64,000 bases of DNA from an uncultured Chthonomonadaceae bacterium. GTDB lineage: Bacteria > Armatimonadota > Chthonomonadetes > Chthonomonadales > CAJBBX01. The stretch is taken from assembly GCA_964429855.1 (NCBI GenBank), contig CAYSDM010000001.1:106240-170239 (forward strand), in the 5' to 3' direction. Below, piece by piece: positions 55,582 to 64,000 of this stretch. The position numbers and the translations under genes are program-made. The notes beneath the pieces were generated by a model that ran no database searches, was not told where the DNA came from, and was given only the letters and a program-made list of their open reading frames with translations. Each line of letters starts with the position of its first letter. The stretch's first letter is position 1.

Positions 55582-55679
55582 GGCATTACCTCGCAGCCGG
55601 ACATAATCAACCCTTTCAGCAGGAAACCCATCACCTGATTGTGAAAAAGAACACAGACCTATTCACAGAGAGGACATAG

Positions 55680-57512
55680 ATGCGATTGCATATGCTTCTT
55701 GCCGCCTGCCTGCTGTTCGGAGCGGCTTCCGCATTGTCGGCGCAGAACGCCGATCCCGGCATGTCCGACTATCTTGTGCAGGTACGCCGCCTGCTCCCTA
55801 CACCGGGAGTAACCTGGTTCGACCCCTCCGACCTGAGCCGTATCAGTGTGGGAGGCGTGCCGGAGTTCGCGCGATCCTCCGTCGTCCCGGTTACGGGGCA
55901 GCCGTTTCAGAAGGCGGTGCAGGTGGAGGTGCATAAGCAGGGCGAAAACCCCTACAGCTCCCAACTGCAGATCCCGGCAAACACCCGCCCGATCAAGAAG
56001 GGCGACGTGATCCTCTTTACATTCCACGTCCGCTGCCTGCAATCCCGCCATGAATCCGGCGAGGGAATCTGGGCAATGTATCTACAGAACAATGGTCCGC
56101 CCTGGACGACCTACTACTCTGCACAGGGCAGCGCTGGGAGAACCTGGCGTCGGTGCTACTACTACACGGTCGCCGAGCGGGACTTTGCGCCCAATGAGGT
56201 CGGTCTAACGTTTCATCTCTCTCAGATCGCTCAGACGCTGGAGTTCGGCGGGCTGATCGTGCTGAATCTGGGTCCGCTGGCGGATACCTCGCGCCTGCCT
56301 GTCACGCGCTTGACCTATCGGGGGAGCGAGCCGAACGCGCCCTGGCGGAAAGCGGCGGCGGAGCGAATCGAGAAGTACAGAAAGGGGACCCTGTCGGTGC
56401 AGGTGACCGACCGACGCGGCAGACCGCTCTCCGGCGCAGTCGTTTCGGTGCGTATGAAACGCCATGCCTACGAGTTTGGTTCCTTTGCCGAACAGCCGAT
56501 TCTCGCCGACACGCCGGACGGCGCGAAGTACCGGGAGTGGTTCCGGAAGCTCTACAACAAGGCGACCTGCCCCATGTATAACGCCGACTGGGGATGGGAG
56601 AGTCCGAAGTCGCGGCAGGACTATACAGGCATCGCCGAATGGCTACAGAAGAACCGGATTCCCACCAAAGCCCATGTGCTGATCTATCCCGGATGGCAGT
56701 TCATGCCGACTCGCTGGAAGGCTCTGGAAAAAGATCCGCCTGCGCTGCGCGAGTCCATGTACGCGCATATCCGCGAGATCATGGAAGCCACCGCCCGGTT
56801 CCGTTTTGTCGGATGGGACATCATCAATGAGACCCGCGACCTGCGCGACCTGCCTGCCATCTTTGGCAGCGACGAGATATACGCGGACATCTACAGACAG
56901 GCGCGCGCGGCGAACTCTCACTCCCGGTTCTTCATCAATGAGAACACCATTCTGACCAGCGGCGGGCAGACGGAGCTTCAGCAGGATATCTATGAGCGGA
57001 TGATCCGGTATCTTCTGGATCAGGGAGCGGCGGTGGAAGCCATCGGGATGCAGGGGCATATGGGCGAATCGCTGACGCCTCCGGAGCGTGTGGCGCAGAT
57101 ACTCGACCGTTTTGCCCGTTTCAAGCTGCCCATTCAGATCACGGAGTGGGACCTGCCGACCCGCGATGAGATCACGCAGGCGGCTTACACCCGCGACTTC
57201 ATGACCGCCTTTTTCAGTCATCCCGCCACCACCGGCTTCACCATGTGGGGATTCTGGGAGGGACATATGTGGCAGCCTCTCGGCGCGATGATTCGTAAAG
57301 ACTGGAGCCTCAAGCCCAACGGAAAAGCCTACCTCGATCTGGTCTATCGGGAGTGGTGGACGAATGCGGACGGAAAAACGGATCGAAAGGGCGCCTGCAG
57401 CGTTCGCGGCTTTCTGGGCGACTATTCGGTAACGGTGACCTATCGCGGAAAGAGCAGAACCGTGCCGGTTTCGCTGAAGCGTCCCGGTACGCGGGTAACG
57501 GTCCAGTTATAG
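55680..57512 (+). CDS. GH10 endo-beta-1,4-xylanase with N-terminal CBM4_9/CBM22-like domain
   Basis: Signal peptide. GWDIINE (acid/base region) and IQITEWD (nucleophile region). GAGAGGA SD upstream. Confidence 0.9.
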   Translation: MRLHMLLAACLLFGAASALSAQNADPGMSDYLVQVRRLLPTPGVTWFDPSDLSRISVGGVPEFARSSVVPVTGQPFQKAVQVEVHKQGENPYSSQLQIPANTRPIKKGDVILFTFHVRCLQSRHESGEGIWAMYLQNNGPPWTTYYSAQGSAGRTWRRCYYYTVAERDFAPNEVGLTFHLSQIAQTLEFGGLIVLNLGPLADTSRLPVTRLTYRGSEPNAPWRKAAAERIEKYRKGTLSVQVTDRRGRPLSGAVVSVRMKRHAYEFGSFAEQPILADTPDGAKYREWFRKLYNKATCPMYNADWGWESPKSRQDYTGIAEWLQKNRIPTKAHVLIYPGWQFMPTRWKALEKDPPALRESMYAHIREIMEATARFRFVGWDIINETRDLRDLPAIFGSDEIYADIYRQARAANSHSRFFINENTILTSGGQTELQQDIYERMIRYLLDQGAAVEAIGMQGHMGESLTPPERVAQILDRFARFKLPIQITEWDLPTRDEITQAAYTRDFMTAFFSHPATTGFTMWGFWEGHMWQPLGAMIRKDWSLKPNGKAYLDLVYREWWTNADGKTDRKGACSVRGFLGDYSVTVTYRGKSRTVPVSLKRPGTRVTVQL

Positions 57513-58124
57513 GGGGCGGTCCCGGCGGGTTTCGTACCAGTCGTACAGAGCGAAAAGAATCAGGCGGAGATTTCCCTGATGCCGCTGAAACAGGTCATTC
57601 AGAAGAGCGTCAGAGGGCGATTCCGTCTGCCAGTCGGTCAATAGATGATCCACCACCCGTCGCGTCGTTTCCGGGGTGATTTCGGCGCGCCAGAGAGTGG
57701 GCAGCCCCGCATCGCGGTGCGTGGCAACCAGCAAGCCGACTTCGCGGCGTCGGCAGGCGGCGCGCAGGAGAACGCGCCGCCACTGCGAGAGCGACTCCCA
57801 TTCGTCTGCAAACAGGCAGGAGGCGTCCGCGAAGCAGGGAGCGGAAGGAGAGCGGAACGCGCAGACGCGCCAACCGAGCGCGTCTGCTGTCATCGCCAGA
57901 TGGTGCAAGAGCGTGGATTTTCCAGAACCGTGCGGACCGAGAATCTGTCCCTGCATTCCGCTGTCGGCAAAGGTCTGCAGCAGCGATCCCAGGCTCTCAC
58001 CTTCCGGCAGGAAGAAGGGGATCGCTCCCGGCTTCACGCGCTCCGAACAAAACGGATTACTTGGCGCGCCGTGAAAGCGCAGGCTTCGCCCCGGTGCGCC
58101 GACAGTCAATACTGCTTTGTCCAA
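57507..58124 (-). CDS. Small P-loop NTPase (AAA/Hda-like), hypothetical
   Basis: Walker A GPHGSGKST and Walker B-like CLFADEWE. The track start is TTG 58124. An alternative TTG 58109 forms a TTGA overlap with the upstream stop. Start uncertain. Confidence 0.7.
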   Translation of the reverse strand: MDKAVLTVGAPGRSLRFHGAPSNPFCSERVKPGAIPFFLPEGESLGSLLQTFADSGMQGQILGPHGSGKSTLLHHLAMTADALGWRVCAFRSPSAPCFADASCLFADEWESLSQWRRVLLRAACRRREVGLLVATHRDAGLPTLWRAEITPETTRRVVDHLLTDWQTESPSDALLNDLFQRHQGNLRLILFALYDWYETRRDRPL

Positions 58125-58504
58125 TTCGCCTCCTGCCCGGACACCAGAAAGAAAGGCTCTTCGTAGGTCAGGTCCCGTCCGCGCTTCATATCGGCTGTCA
58201 CACGCACGCGCCAGTGGATCTTTAACAGAAAGCCGTGATAGGAGAGTGGGAGCGGAGGGAGTATAACCGAGAAAGGGAAGTCCGGACCGCCGCGCAGATC
58301 AAGCTCATCGGAATAGGCGAACCCCTCATCCCGGTCGCCTTTTCCTTCGGTGAACCAGAGAACCTGCACCGCAACCGACTTTAGCTCATCCCGGCGCATT
58401 CCGTGCAGCATAATCGTTCCCGCCAGAGTCTCTCCGGGACGGTACTCTCGCCTATCATCATGCAGGCGCACCTGAATCAGAGGGATGGCCTCATCGTACT
58501 GCAT
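58106..58504 (-). CDS. Soluble beta-sandwich protein with arrestin-N/Spo0M-like sequence pattern, hypothetical
   Basis: ATG 58504 overlaps the upstream stop (TGATG). YRPGETLAGTIML.., SVAVQVLWFTEGKGD.., LPPLPLSYHGFLLKIHWRVRVTAD. Confidence 0.7.
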   Translation of the reverse strand: MQYDEAIPLIQVRLHDDRREYRPGETLAGTIMLHGMRRDELKSVAVQVLWFTEGKGDRDEGFAYSDELDLRGGPDFPFSVILPPLPLSYHGFLLKIHWRVRVTADMKRGRDLTYEEPFFLVSGQEANWTKQY

Positions 58505-59205
58505 CAGAATCTCCTCTGCGAATCGGGCGGAATCACGCACAAAATGAAGTCGAAAGTGAAGTCGGGCCAGCGCGCCACCTCTCCCTTCACGTGAACCTTC
58601 CAGACGATCTTGTTATTGCGCGATTCGAAGCTGTGCATGGCATCCGCCGGAATGGCCAGGTCGAAATGCTTCTCCAGCGGCCGGGCGATGGTGGTGGTGA
58701 CCGGTCCGGTCGTGATGATCTGTTGATCCAGCAGGGCGTTCGACTCGTTGTAGGTATCTGTGCCGCGCCGATAGGTGATCTTCTCCTCGCACACCAGATT
58801 CACGAGGAAGTTATTCAACGGAAGCGCGCCGTGCTGCGCGATATAGGCGCGTACCCGCTCTCCCGGAACCAGAATCGTCTTCTCGATCTCCAGAATGGTC
58901 TCCCGCACCCGGATCGCGAGCAGGATGCTGCGCAGGAGAAAAACGAGCAAGCCGATGCCGACCAGTTCGAAGGGGATCAGGAACAGGGTCAGAAAGATGT
59001 CCCCCCGTCCATTCAGCCATCCGCTCACCATCTCCAGGAAAAAGAGGCTGACGATTCCGTTCCAGAAGAGACATAAGAGGAGCAGGCAGCCGATCTCCGC
59101 CGCGCGCGACTGACCGGCTTTCAAGCGCGCAGCATGGATTCGTCCCGGCTCCGCCTTGATCGTCGGCAGCAGGAGATTGGATGGCGTAATAGTTGCGGGT
59201 GCCAT
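58504..59205 (-). CDS. Membrane protein: two TM helices + C-terminal arrestin-like beta-sandwich (paralogous to the downstream gene)
   Basis: TM segments CLLLLCLFWNGIVSLFFL and IFLTLFLIPFELVGIGLLVFLL. The C-terminal LVPGERVRAYI.., IPADAMHSFESRNNKIVWKVHVKGE matches the pattern of 58106..58504. Confidence 0.75.
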   Translation of the reverse strand: MAPATITPSNLLLPTIKAEPGRIHAARLKAGQSRAAEIGCLLLLCLFWNGIVSLFFLEMVSGWLNGRGDIFLTLFLIPFELVGIGLLVFLLRSILLAIRVRETILEIEKTILVPGERVRAYIAQHGALPLNNFLVNLVCEEKITYRRGTDTYNESNALLDQQIITTGPVTTTIARPLEKHFDLAIPADAMHSFESRNNKIVWKVHVKGEVARWPDFTFDFILCVIPPDSQRRF

Positions 59206-59210
59206 GTGGA

Positions 59211-59966
59211 TCAGTACCGCTGCGCCCCCTGCAGCGGCAGGGGCTGAATCCAGATATTGCGATACTCGACCCGGTTGCCGTGATCCTGCAGGACGATGGG
59301 GCCGGGGTCTTTCAGTTCTCCGAAGCGCATTCCCCAGGTCGGGCGGGCGATCTCGACGTTGTTATGGATGACGATGCCGTTCTGCAGAATGGTGGCGCGC
59401 GCCTTCTCTGTCTGCGCGCCCTGTTCGTCGTAGCGGGGAGCGCGGTAGAGGATGTCGTAGGTCTGCCACTCCATGGGCGGTTTGCAGGCGTTGAGCAGGG
59501 GGGCATGCTGATTATAGATGGCTCCGCAGTCGCCGCGTCCCACTTCCGGCAGTCCGTAGGAGTCGAGCACCTGCACCTCGTAGCGTCCCTGCAGGAAGAC
59601 GCCGCTGTTGCCCCGCGCCTGCCCCTTCACGTTGTCGGGCATCCTGGGCGTCCGAAACTCCACATGCAGGTGAAAGTCCGTGAACTTCTCGCGGGTCACG
59701 ACATCGCCGCCACGCGAGACCACCGCGCCGTCGTTGACGGGCCAGGCGGCATCCCTGCCATCAATGCGCATCCAGTTTTTCTTAAGTTCCTCCTCTTTGC
59801 CGCTGAAGAGGACGATTCTCTCTCTGGTGACTGCCGCGTCCTGTTTCGGCTCTCCCGCCTGCGCCATATGCGCGGTGTTGATCGCCAGCCAGCCGCATGC
59901 GACCGCCGTAAGTCCCGCTCCCATCGCCAGCAGGCTGTTTCGGCTCAATCCCATTCTTTTCATCAT
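59211..59966 (-). CDS. DUF1080 / 3-keto-disaccharide hydrolase domain protein (secreted)
   Basis: HLHVEFR..GNSGVFLQGRYEVQVLDSYG..CGAIY..., GPIVLQDHGNRVEYRNIWIQPL. N-terminal hydrophobic signal. Confidence 0.88.
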   Translation of the reverse strand: MMKRMGLSRNSLLAMGAGLTAVACGWLAINTAHMAQAGEPKQDAAVTRERIVLFSGKEEELKKNWMRIDGRDAAWPVNDGAVVSRGGDVVTREKFTDFHLHVEFRTPRMPDNVKGQARGNSGVFLQGRYEVQVLDSYGLPEVGRGDCGAIYNQHAPLLNACKPPMEWQTYDILYRAPRYDEQGAQTEKARATILQNGIVIHNNVEIARPTWGMRFGELKDPGPIVLQDHGNRVEYRNIWIQPLPLQGAQRY

Positions 59967-60001
59967 CGCTTCCCTTTTCGTTTGTTGTGATTGAAACTCT
60001 G

Positions 60002-61063
60002 TTAAAGCGGCGTCCAGTCCATATCTGGCGTGACGCGCTCGCAGAAGCCCGCCATCAGTCTGGCGGCGTTCTCGATATCGTCCAGATTCATCACTTCGGA
60101 TGGCGTATGCATATAGCGCAGAGGGACCCCGATCAAGCCGGTCGCCATGCCGGCGCGGTTTATCTGCATGGCGTTGGCATCGGTTCCGGTTCCGCCGGGA
60201 GCCGCGTTTACCTGATACGGTATCTCCCGTTCCCGGGCGGTCTGCGTCAGCAGTTCAAACACGCGGGGATTGATATTGGCTCCGCGGGTGATGATAGGAC
60301 CGTTGCCCAGCTTGATATCGCCGACTCGCTTTTTCTCCGCGCCGGGAAAGTCCACCGCATGCCCGACATCGGTTGCCAGACCCACGAGCGGATCAACGCT
60401 GTAGGCGCTGGTGCGCGCTCCCCGCAGCCCGATCTCTTCCTGAACGGTCGAAACGGCGAAGACCGCCGCCTTCAGGTCGCTCTTTGCCAGCAGGCGCAGC
60501 GCCTCCGCCACCACGAAGAGGCCCATCTTATTATCGAAACTGCGCGCCGTGCAGAGGCTTCCCTGCAGCGGCTGCATATCCTGCGCATAGGTGACACAAT
60601 CGCCGATGGAGACCAGCGTTTCCGCCTCCTTGCGGTCTTTCGCGCCGATGTCAATCCAGAGATCGTCCAGTTTGACGCTCTTGCCGCGCTCTTCCGCCTC
60701 CATCAGATGAACAGCGCGCCGTCCCAGCACTCCCAGTACCGGTCCGGAGGCGGTATGCACATGAACCCGCTGTCCGACCGTCACGACCGGATCATGTCCG
60801 CCGATCGAACCGAAATAGATCATGCCATCTTCGCTGAGGTAGCGCACCTGGAACCCGATTTCGTCGGCATGTCCCGCCAGCATAATCCGCGGCTTCCCCT
60901 CCGGATTGCGCACCGCGAAAACGTTGCCCATCACATCGGTTCGCACCTCATCCGCGTATACGGAAACCGCCTCCCGATAGACTCGCTGCACCGCCTGTTC
61001 ATAGCCGGAGGGGCCCGGCGTATCCACCAGTCGCTTCAGAAAAGCAAACGATTCTTCTCGCAT
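60002..61063 (-). CDS. M42 family metallopeptidase (glutamyl aminopeptidase / FrvX / CelM type)
   Basis: Start at ATG 61063. L..L....G.SGYE, GHADEIGF, FDNKMG, QEEIGLRGA, and GTDA... pattern. Confidence 0.9.
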   Translation of the reverse strand: MREESFAFLKRLVDTPGPSGYEQAVQRVYREAVSVYADEVRTDVMGNVFAVRNPEGKPRIMLAGHADEIGFQVRYLSEDGMIYFGSIGGHDPVVTVGQRVHVHTASGPVLGVLGRRAVHLMEAEERGKSVKLDDLWIDIGAKDRKEAETLVSIGDCVTYAQDMQPLQGSLCTARSFDNKMGLFVVAEALRLLAKSDLKAAVFAVSTVQEEIGLRGARTSAYSVDPLVGLATDVGHAVDFPGAEKKRVGDIKLGNGPIITRGANINPRVFELLTQTAREREIPYQVNAAPGGTGTDANAMQINRAGMATGLIGVPLRYMHTPSEVMNLDDIENAARLMAGFCERVTPDMDWTPL

Positions 61064-61209
61064 TCCCTTCTCTTCCTGCACCGGCGGTTCGCGCCGGTCT
61101 CCGCGTTTGATACGTCTTTCACGCAAAAGGTAGTTCGACAGAGAACGGCGCATTCCTGCCGCGATATGCCCAGCTTCCGGGGATCGGGCGTATCGCGCCG
61201 CCTTGCGCG

Positions 61210-61635
61210 TTATGCGGATGTCGGCGAGCGGTGGAAGTGCGCCATCTTCCAGGCTCCGTTGATCCGAACGTAGACGCGAGTTTCATTGAAGGTCGTCCAG
61301 CGCGGTCTGCCGTTGTCATCATAGGTCATCAGGCGCGTATAGGTGACGATGCCGGTCTCTCCGTAAAGCTGCACCTGCGGATTGAGCATATCGAATCGCG
61401 CGGGTCGGTTCGCGGGATTCTGTGCCATCAGGCGGATGAGCGATAGATGGAACTCCACGCCGTCTATCCGATAAGGGCAGACATCTTCAAAGCAGGTTAA
61501 ATCCGGGGCGCACAATGCCGCATAGGTCTCCGGATCGCCCTGATGGATGGCATCCAGCATCAGCCAGGTCGTCACCAGCAGTTCGCGCTGCTCCGTGCCG
61601 ATCCCCATCGCCTGTATGACAGCCTCTTCAATCAT
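61210..61635 (-). CDS. CaMKII association-domain-like protein (NTF2/SnoaL/DUF4440 superfamily)
   Basis: GDPETYAALCAPDLTCFE.., and the ending FNETRVYVRINGAWKMAHFHRS closely parallels the CaMKII hub-domain terminus (..ETRVWHRRDGKWQ.VHFHRS). Confidence 0.8.
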   Translation of the reverse strand: MIEEAVIQAMGIGTEQRELLVTTWLMLDAIHQGDPETYAALCAPDLTCFEDVCPYRIDGVEFHLSLIRLMAQNPANRPARFDMLNPQVQLYGETGIVTYTRLMTYDDNGRPRWTTFNETRVYVRINGAWKMAHFHRSPTSA

Positions 61636-61743
61636 CCCTCTGCTCCTCTCCTTCGTTATGATCCGGTAGATTCGCGGTCGGGGATGGTTTCCCCTTTTCG
61701 TCCGGCTTTCTGCCGCCTGTTGATAGCCTGGAGGAGATGTTGT

Positions 61744-61759
61744 ATACTATTTATAGTAG
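61744..61759. promoter_or_regulatory. Additional NrdR-box-like palindrome
   Basis: ATACTATTTATAGTAG matches about 12 of 16 positions of the published acaCwAtATaTwGtgt consensus as I recall it. Lies in the divergent intergenic region. Confidence 0.4.
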
Positions 61760-61821
61760 TTTTCAGTGAAAACGAACGCCATATCTTGTAAAAAACGGCG
61801 AAAAATCTACTTTCAACCCTC

Positions 61822-61874
61822 TTGACAGTCCATATATAGGGTGTTATTATGCTCGCAGCCACTATATGTGGAAG
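61822..61874 (+). promoter_or_regulatory. nrdR-nrdJ promoter (TTGACA - 17 nt - TATTAT) with two NrdR boxes
   Basis: TTGACA at 61822..61827 and TATTAT at 61845..61850. Box 1, TCCATATATAGGGTGT (61829..61844), lies in the spacer. Box 2, CCACTATATGTGGAAG (61859..61874), lies just downstream. Centre-to-centre distance is 30 bp. Confidence 0.65.
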
Positions 61875-61897
61875 CCCGCGAGCGCGAGGCGATTGCC

Positions 61898-62359
61898 ATG
61901 CGATGTCCGTTCTGTGGTTCTAAAGAAGACAGGGTGCTCGACTCCCGCGAGTCGCAGGAAGGCGACACTATCCGCCGCCGCCGTGAATGCAAAGGCTGCG
62001 GACGCCGCTATACCACTTTCGAGCAGATCGAAGAGATGGCTCTGTTCGTGGTGAAGAAGAGCGGTCGGCGCGAACCGTTCAGCCGGGAGAAACTGCTGCA
62101 CGGAATGCGTCTTGCCTGCACCAGTCGCCCGGTCAGCTTCGAGATGCTGGAGCAGATCGCCAGCGACATCGAGCGGATGCTCTACAACCGCCTGGAGCGC
62201 GAGGTCTCCTCGCTGGAGATCGGCGACATGGTGATGGAGCGGCTGCGGGGAGTGGATCAGGTGGCTTATGTGCGCTTTGCGTCCGTCTACAAGCACTTTG
62301 AGGACGCCACGCAGTTCAAGGAGATCGTCAACCTGCTGCGTAAGCGCACGAAACCGTAA
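61898..62359 (+). CDS. nrdR: Transcriptional repressor NrdR (zinc ribbon + ATP-cone)
   Basis: [17 protein letters not shown]...[17 protein letters not shown], then an ATP-cone ([11 protein letters not shown]..). Confidence 0.97.
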   Translation: MRCPFCGSKEDRVLDSRESQEGDTIRRRRECKGCGRRYTTFEQIEEMALFVVKKSGRREPFSREKLLHGMRLACTSRPVSFEMLEQIASDIERMLYNRLEREVSSLEIGDMVMERLRGVDQVAYVRFASVYKHFEDATQFKEIVNLLRKRTKP

Positions 62360-62411
62360 GAACAGAACCGGGTTGTCAGTGACTCAGCGATAGAGGGAGG
62401 AGTACGAACCG

Positions 62412-64000
62412 ATGCAGGACCCGAAAATAGAGCAGACCGATATGATGGCGGCGATGGAGGAGGAGCAGGCTGCCGCGCGCGAAGCGGAGACCGAGAAGGC
62501 GGTCGTCGCGCGCGCCGGCGGCGGGCGCAAAACCAGAGCGCCGGGATTGAAAATTTCGCGCCGCTTCACCGAGACGGGAGAGGATGTCTGGAACTCCGTC
62601 GAGTGGGAGAAGCGCACCGCCGCGATCACCGACGAACAGGGAAACGTCGTCTTCGAGCAGACCGATATTGACGCGCCGAAATCCTGGACGCAGCTTGCCG
62701 TCAAGGTGGTCGCTTCCAAGTACTTCCGAGGGCATATCGGGACGCCGGAGCGCGAAAACAGCGTTCGGCAGCTTATTCAGCGGGTCTCCTACACCATCTC
62801 CGACTGGGGAAAGACGCAGGGCTACTTCGCTTCCGAGGCGGATTTCCTCGCCTTCCGCGATGAACTGACTCATATCCTGCTGCATCAGAAAGCCGCCTTT
62901 AACTCGCCGGTCTGGTTCAATGTGGGGCTGGCGGATCAGCCCCGCCCGCAGTGTTCGGCGTGCTTTATCAACTCTGTACAGGATACGATGGACAGCATTC
63001 TGACGCTGGCGAAGACCGAGGGAATGCTGTTTAAGTTCGGTTCCGGCACCGGAACCAACTTCTCCACTCTGCGCTCCTCGCGAGAGCGGTTGCAGGGGGG
63101 CGGAACCGCTTCGGGACCGGTCTCCTTCATGCGCGGTTATGACTCGTTTGCCGGGGTCATCAAGTCGGGCGGAAAGACCCGCCGCGCGGCTAAAATGGTC
63201 ATCCTCAACGTGGATCACCCGGACATCGTTCCCTTCATCACCTGCAAAGCCGATGAGGAGAAGAAGGCGTGGGCGCTGATTGACGCCGGTTACAACGGCA
63301 ACTTCAACGTTCCGGGCGGAGCCTACGACAGCGTCTCCTATCAGAACGCCAACCACTCCGTGCGCGTGACCGATGAGTTTATGAACGCCTATCTCAATAA
63401 CGGCGTCTGGCACACGCATAACGTTCTGGACGGCTCGGTGTCGGACACCTATCAGGCGGTTGAACTGATGCGTCTGATTGCGGAGAGCGCGTGGGTCTGC
63501 GGCGATCCGGGAATGCAGTACGATACGACGATCAACAGATGGCACACCTGCAAAAACACGGATCGCATCCATGCCAGCAATCCCTGCTCGGAGTATATGT
63601 TCCTCAACGACAGCGCGTGCAACCTTGCCTCGCTGAACCTGATGAAGTTCCGCCGTTCCGATGGCGAGTTCGATGTGGACAGCTTCAAGCACGCCTGCCG
63701 GATCATGATTACCGCACAGGAGATACTGGTCGAGAACGCCTCCTATCCGACCGAAGCCATCGAGAAGAACAGCCACGACTATCGTCCGTTGGGACTCGGT
63801 TATGCGAACCTGGGCGCGCTGCTGATGTCACGCGGACTGGCGTATGACAGCGACGCCGGTCGCGCGCTTGCCGGCGCCATCACCGCCATCATGACGGGCG
63901 AAGCCTATCATCAGTCGGCGATAATCGCCCGCGATCATGGCGGCCCCTTCCGGGGGTATGAGCCGAACCGCGAGCCGTTCCTGGACGTGATGCGGATGCA
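62412..64000 (+). CDS. nrdJ: Adenosylcobalamin-dependent ribonucleoside-diphosphate/triphosphate reductase, class II (NrdJ), partial; continues beyond the window
   Basis: Absent from the ORF track because it is open at the right edge. My translation from ATG 62412 (GGGAGGAG SD, in-frame TAG at 62391) reads ..GLKISRRFTETGEDVWNSVEWEKRTAAITDEQGNVVFEQTDIDAPKSWTQLAVKVVASKYFRG...CSACFINSV..GSGTGTNFS.LR...SGPVSFM...NPCSEY... The antisense 466-aa ORF is spurious. Confidence 0.95.
   Translation, partial: MQDPKIEQTDMMAAMEEEQAAAREAETEKAVVARAGGGRKTRAPGLKISRRFTETGEDVWNSVEWEKRTAAITDEQGNVVFEQTDIDAPKSWTQLAVKVVASKYFRGHIGTPERENSVRQLIQRVSYTISDWGKTQGYFASEADFLAFRDELTHILLHQKAAFNSPVWFNVGLADQPRPQCSACFINSVQDTMDSILTLAKTEGMLFKFGSGTGTNFSTLRSSRERLQGGGTASGPVSFMRGYDSFAGVIKSGGKTRRAAKMVILNVDHPDIVPFITCKADEEKKAWALIDAGYNGNFNVPGGAYDSVSYQNANHSVRVTDEFMNAYLNNGVWHTHNVLDGSVSDTYQAVELMRLIAESAWVCGDPGMQYDTTINRWHTCKNTDRIHASNPCSEYMFLNDSACNLASLNLMKFRRSDGEFDVDSFKHACRIMITAQEILVENASYPTEAIEKNSHDYRPLGLGYANLGALLMSRGLAYDSDAGRALAGAITAIMTGEAYHQSAIIARDHGGPFRGYEPNREPFLDVMRM

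Noticed and set aside
62360-62411. Cobalamin riboswitch upstream of nrdJ
   Set aside because: Only 52 nt separate the nrdR stop from the nrdJ ATG, which is far too short for a B12 element. Regulation is better explained by the NrdR boxes.

Overview
GC-rich bacterial chromosomal window. I found no rRNA, CRISPR array, transposase or integrase. I support about 50 protein genes, 2 tRNAs (Leu-UAG, Gly-GCC), one degenerate tandem repeat and several promoter, operator and terminator candidates.

Content falls into three groups:
- Housekeeping and repair: a partial AlkD-like gene, kdsD/kdsC plus a SrlD-like SDR, the SRAP/YedK peptidase, smpB, an ABC-F ATPase, def, and nrdR followed by a partial class II RNR nrdJ.
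- A very dense glycan-degradation load: GH78 x2, a GH29-like enzyme with a discoidin domain, a 1676-aa GH2, GH16, GH38, GH26, GH10, an unknown domain fused to a GH5-like domain, a lyase-like jelly-roll protein and a DUF1080 protein.
- Several uncharacterised modules.

The LacI-HTH/prepilin fusion and the CAZyme richness suggest an Armatimonadota-like or similar organism. This is inference only.

The most interesting candidates are:
1. Two paralogous ~670-aa polytopic membrane proteins with identical leaderless-type promoters. They bracket a beta-lactamase-fold hydrolase and sit next to an orphan Wza-like lipoprotein.
2. A LacI-type HTH headpiece fused in place of the leader peptide of a type IV pilin-like N-terminus.
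3. An overlapping trio of a membrane-anchored arrestin-like beta-sandwich protein, a soluble arrestin-like protein and a small P-loop ATPase.
4. A tightly coupled operon with up to three URO-D-superfamily proteins plus GH26, an SDR and a beta-propeller protein.

Many long antisense ORFs in the track, up to 908 aa, are GC-bias artefacts.
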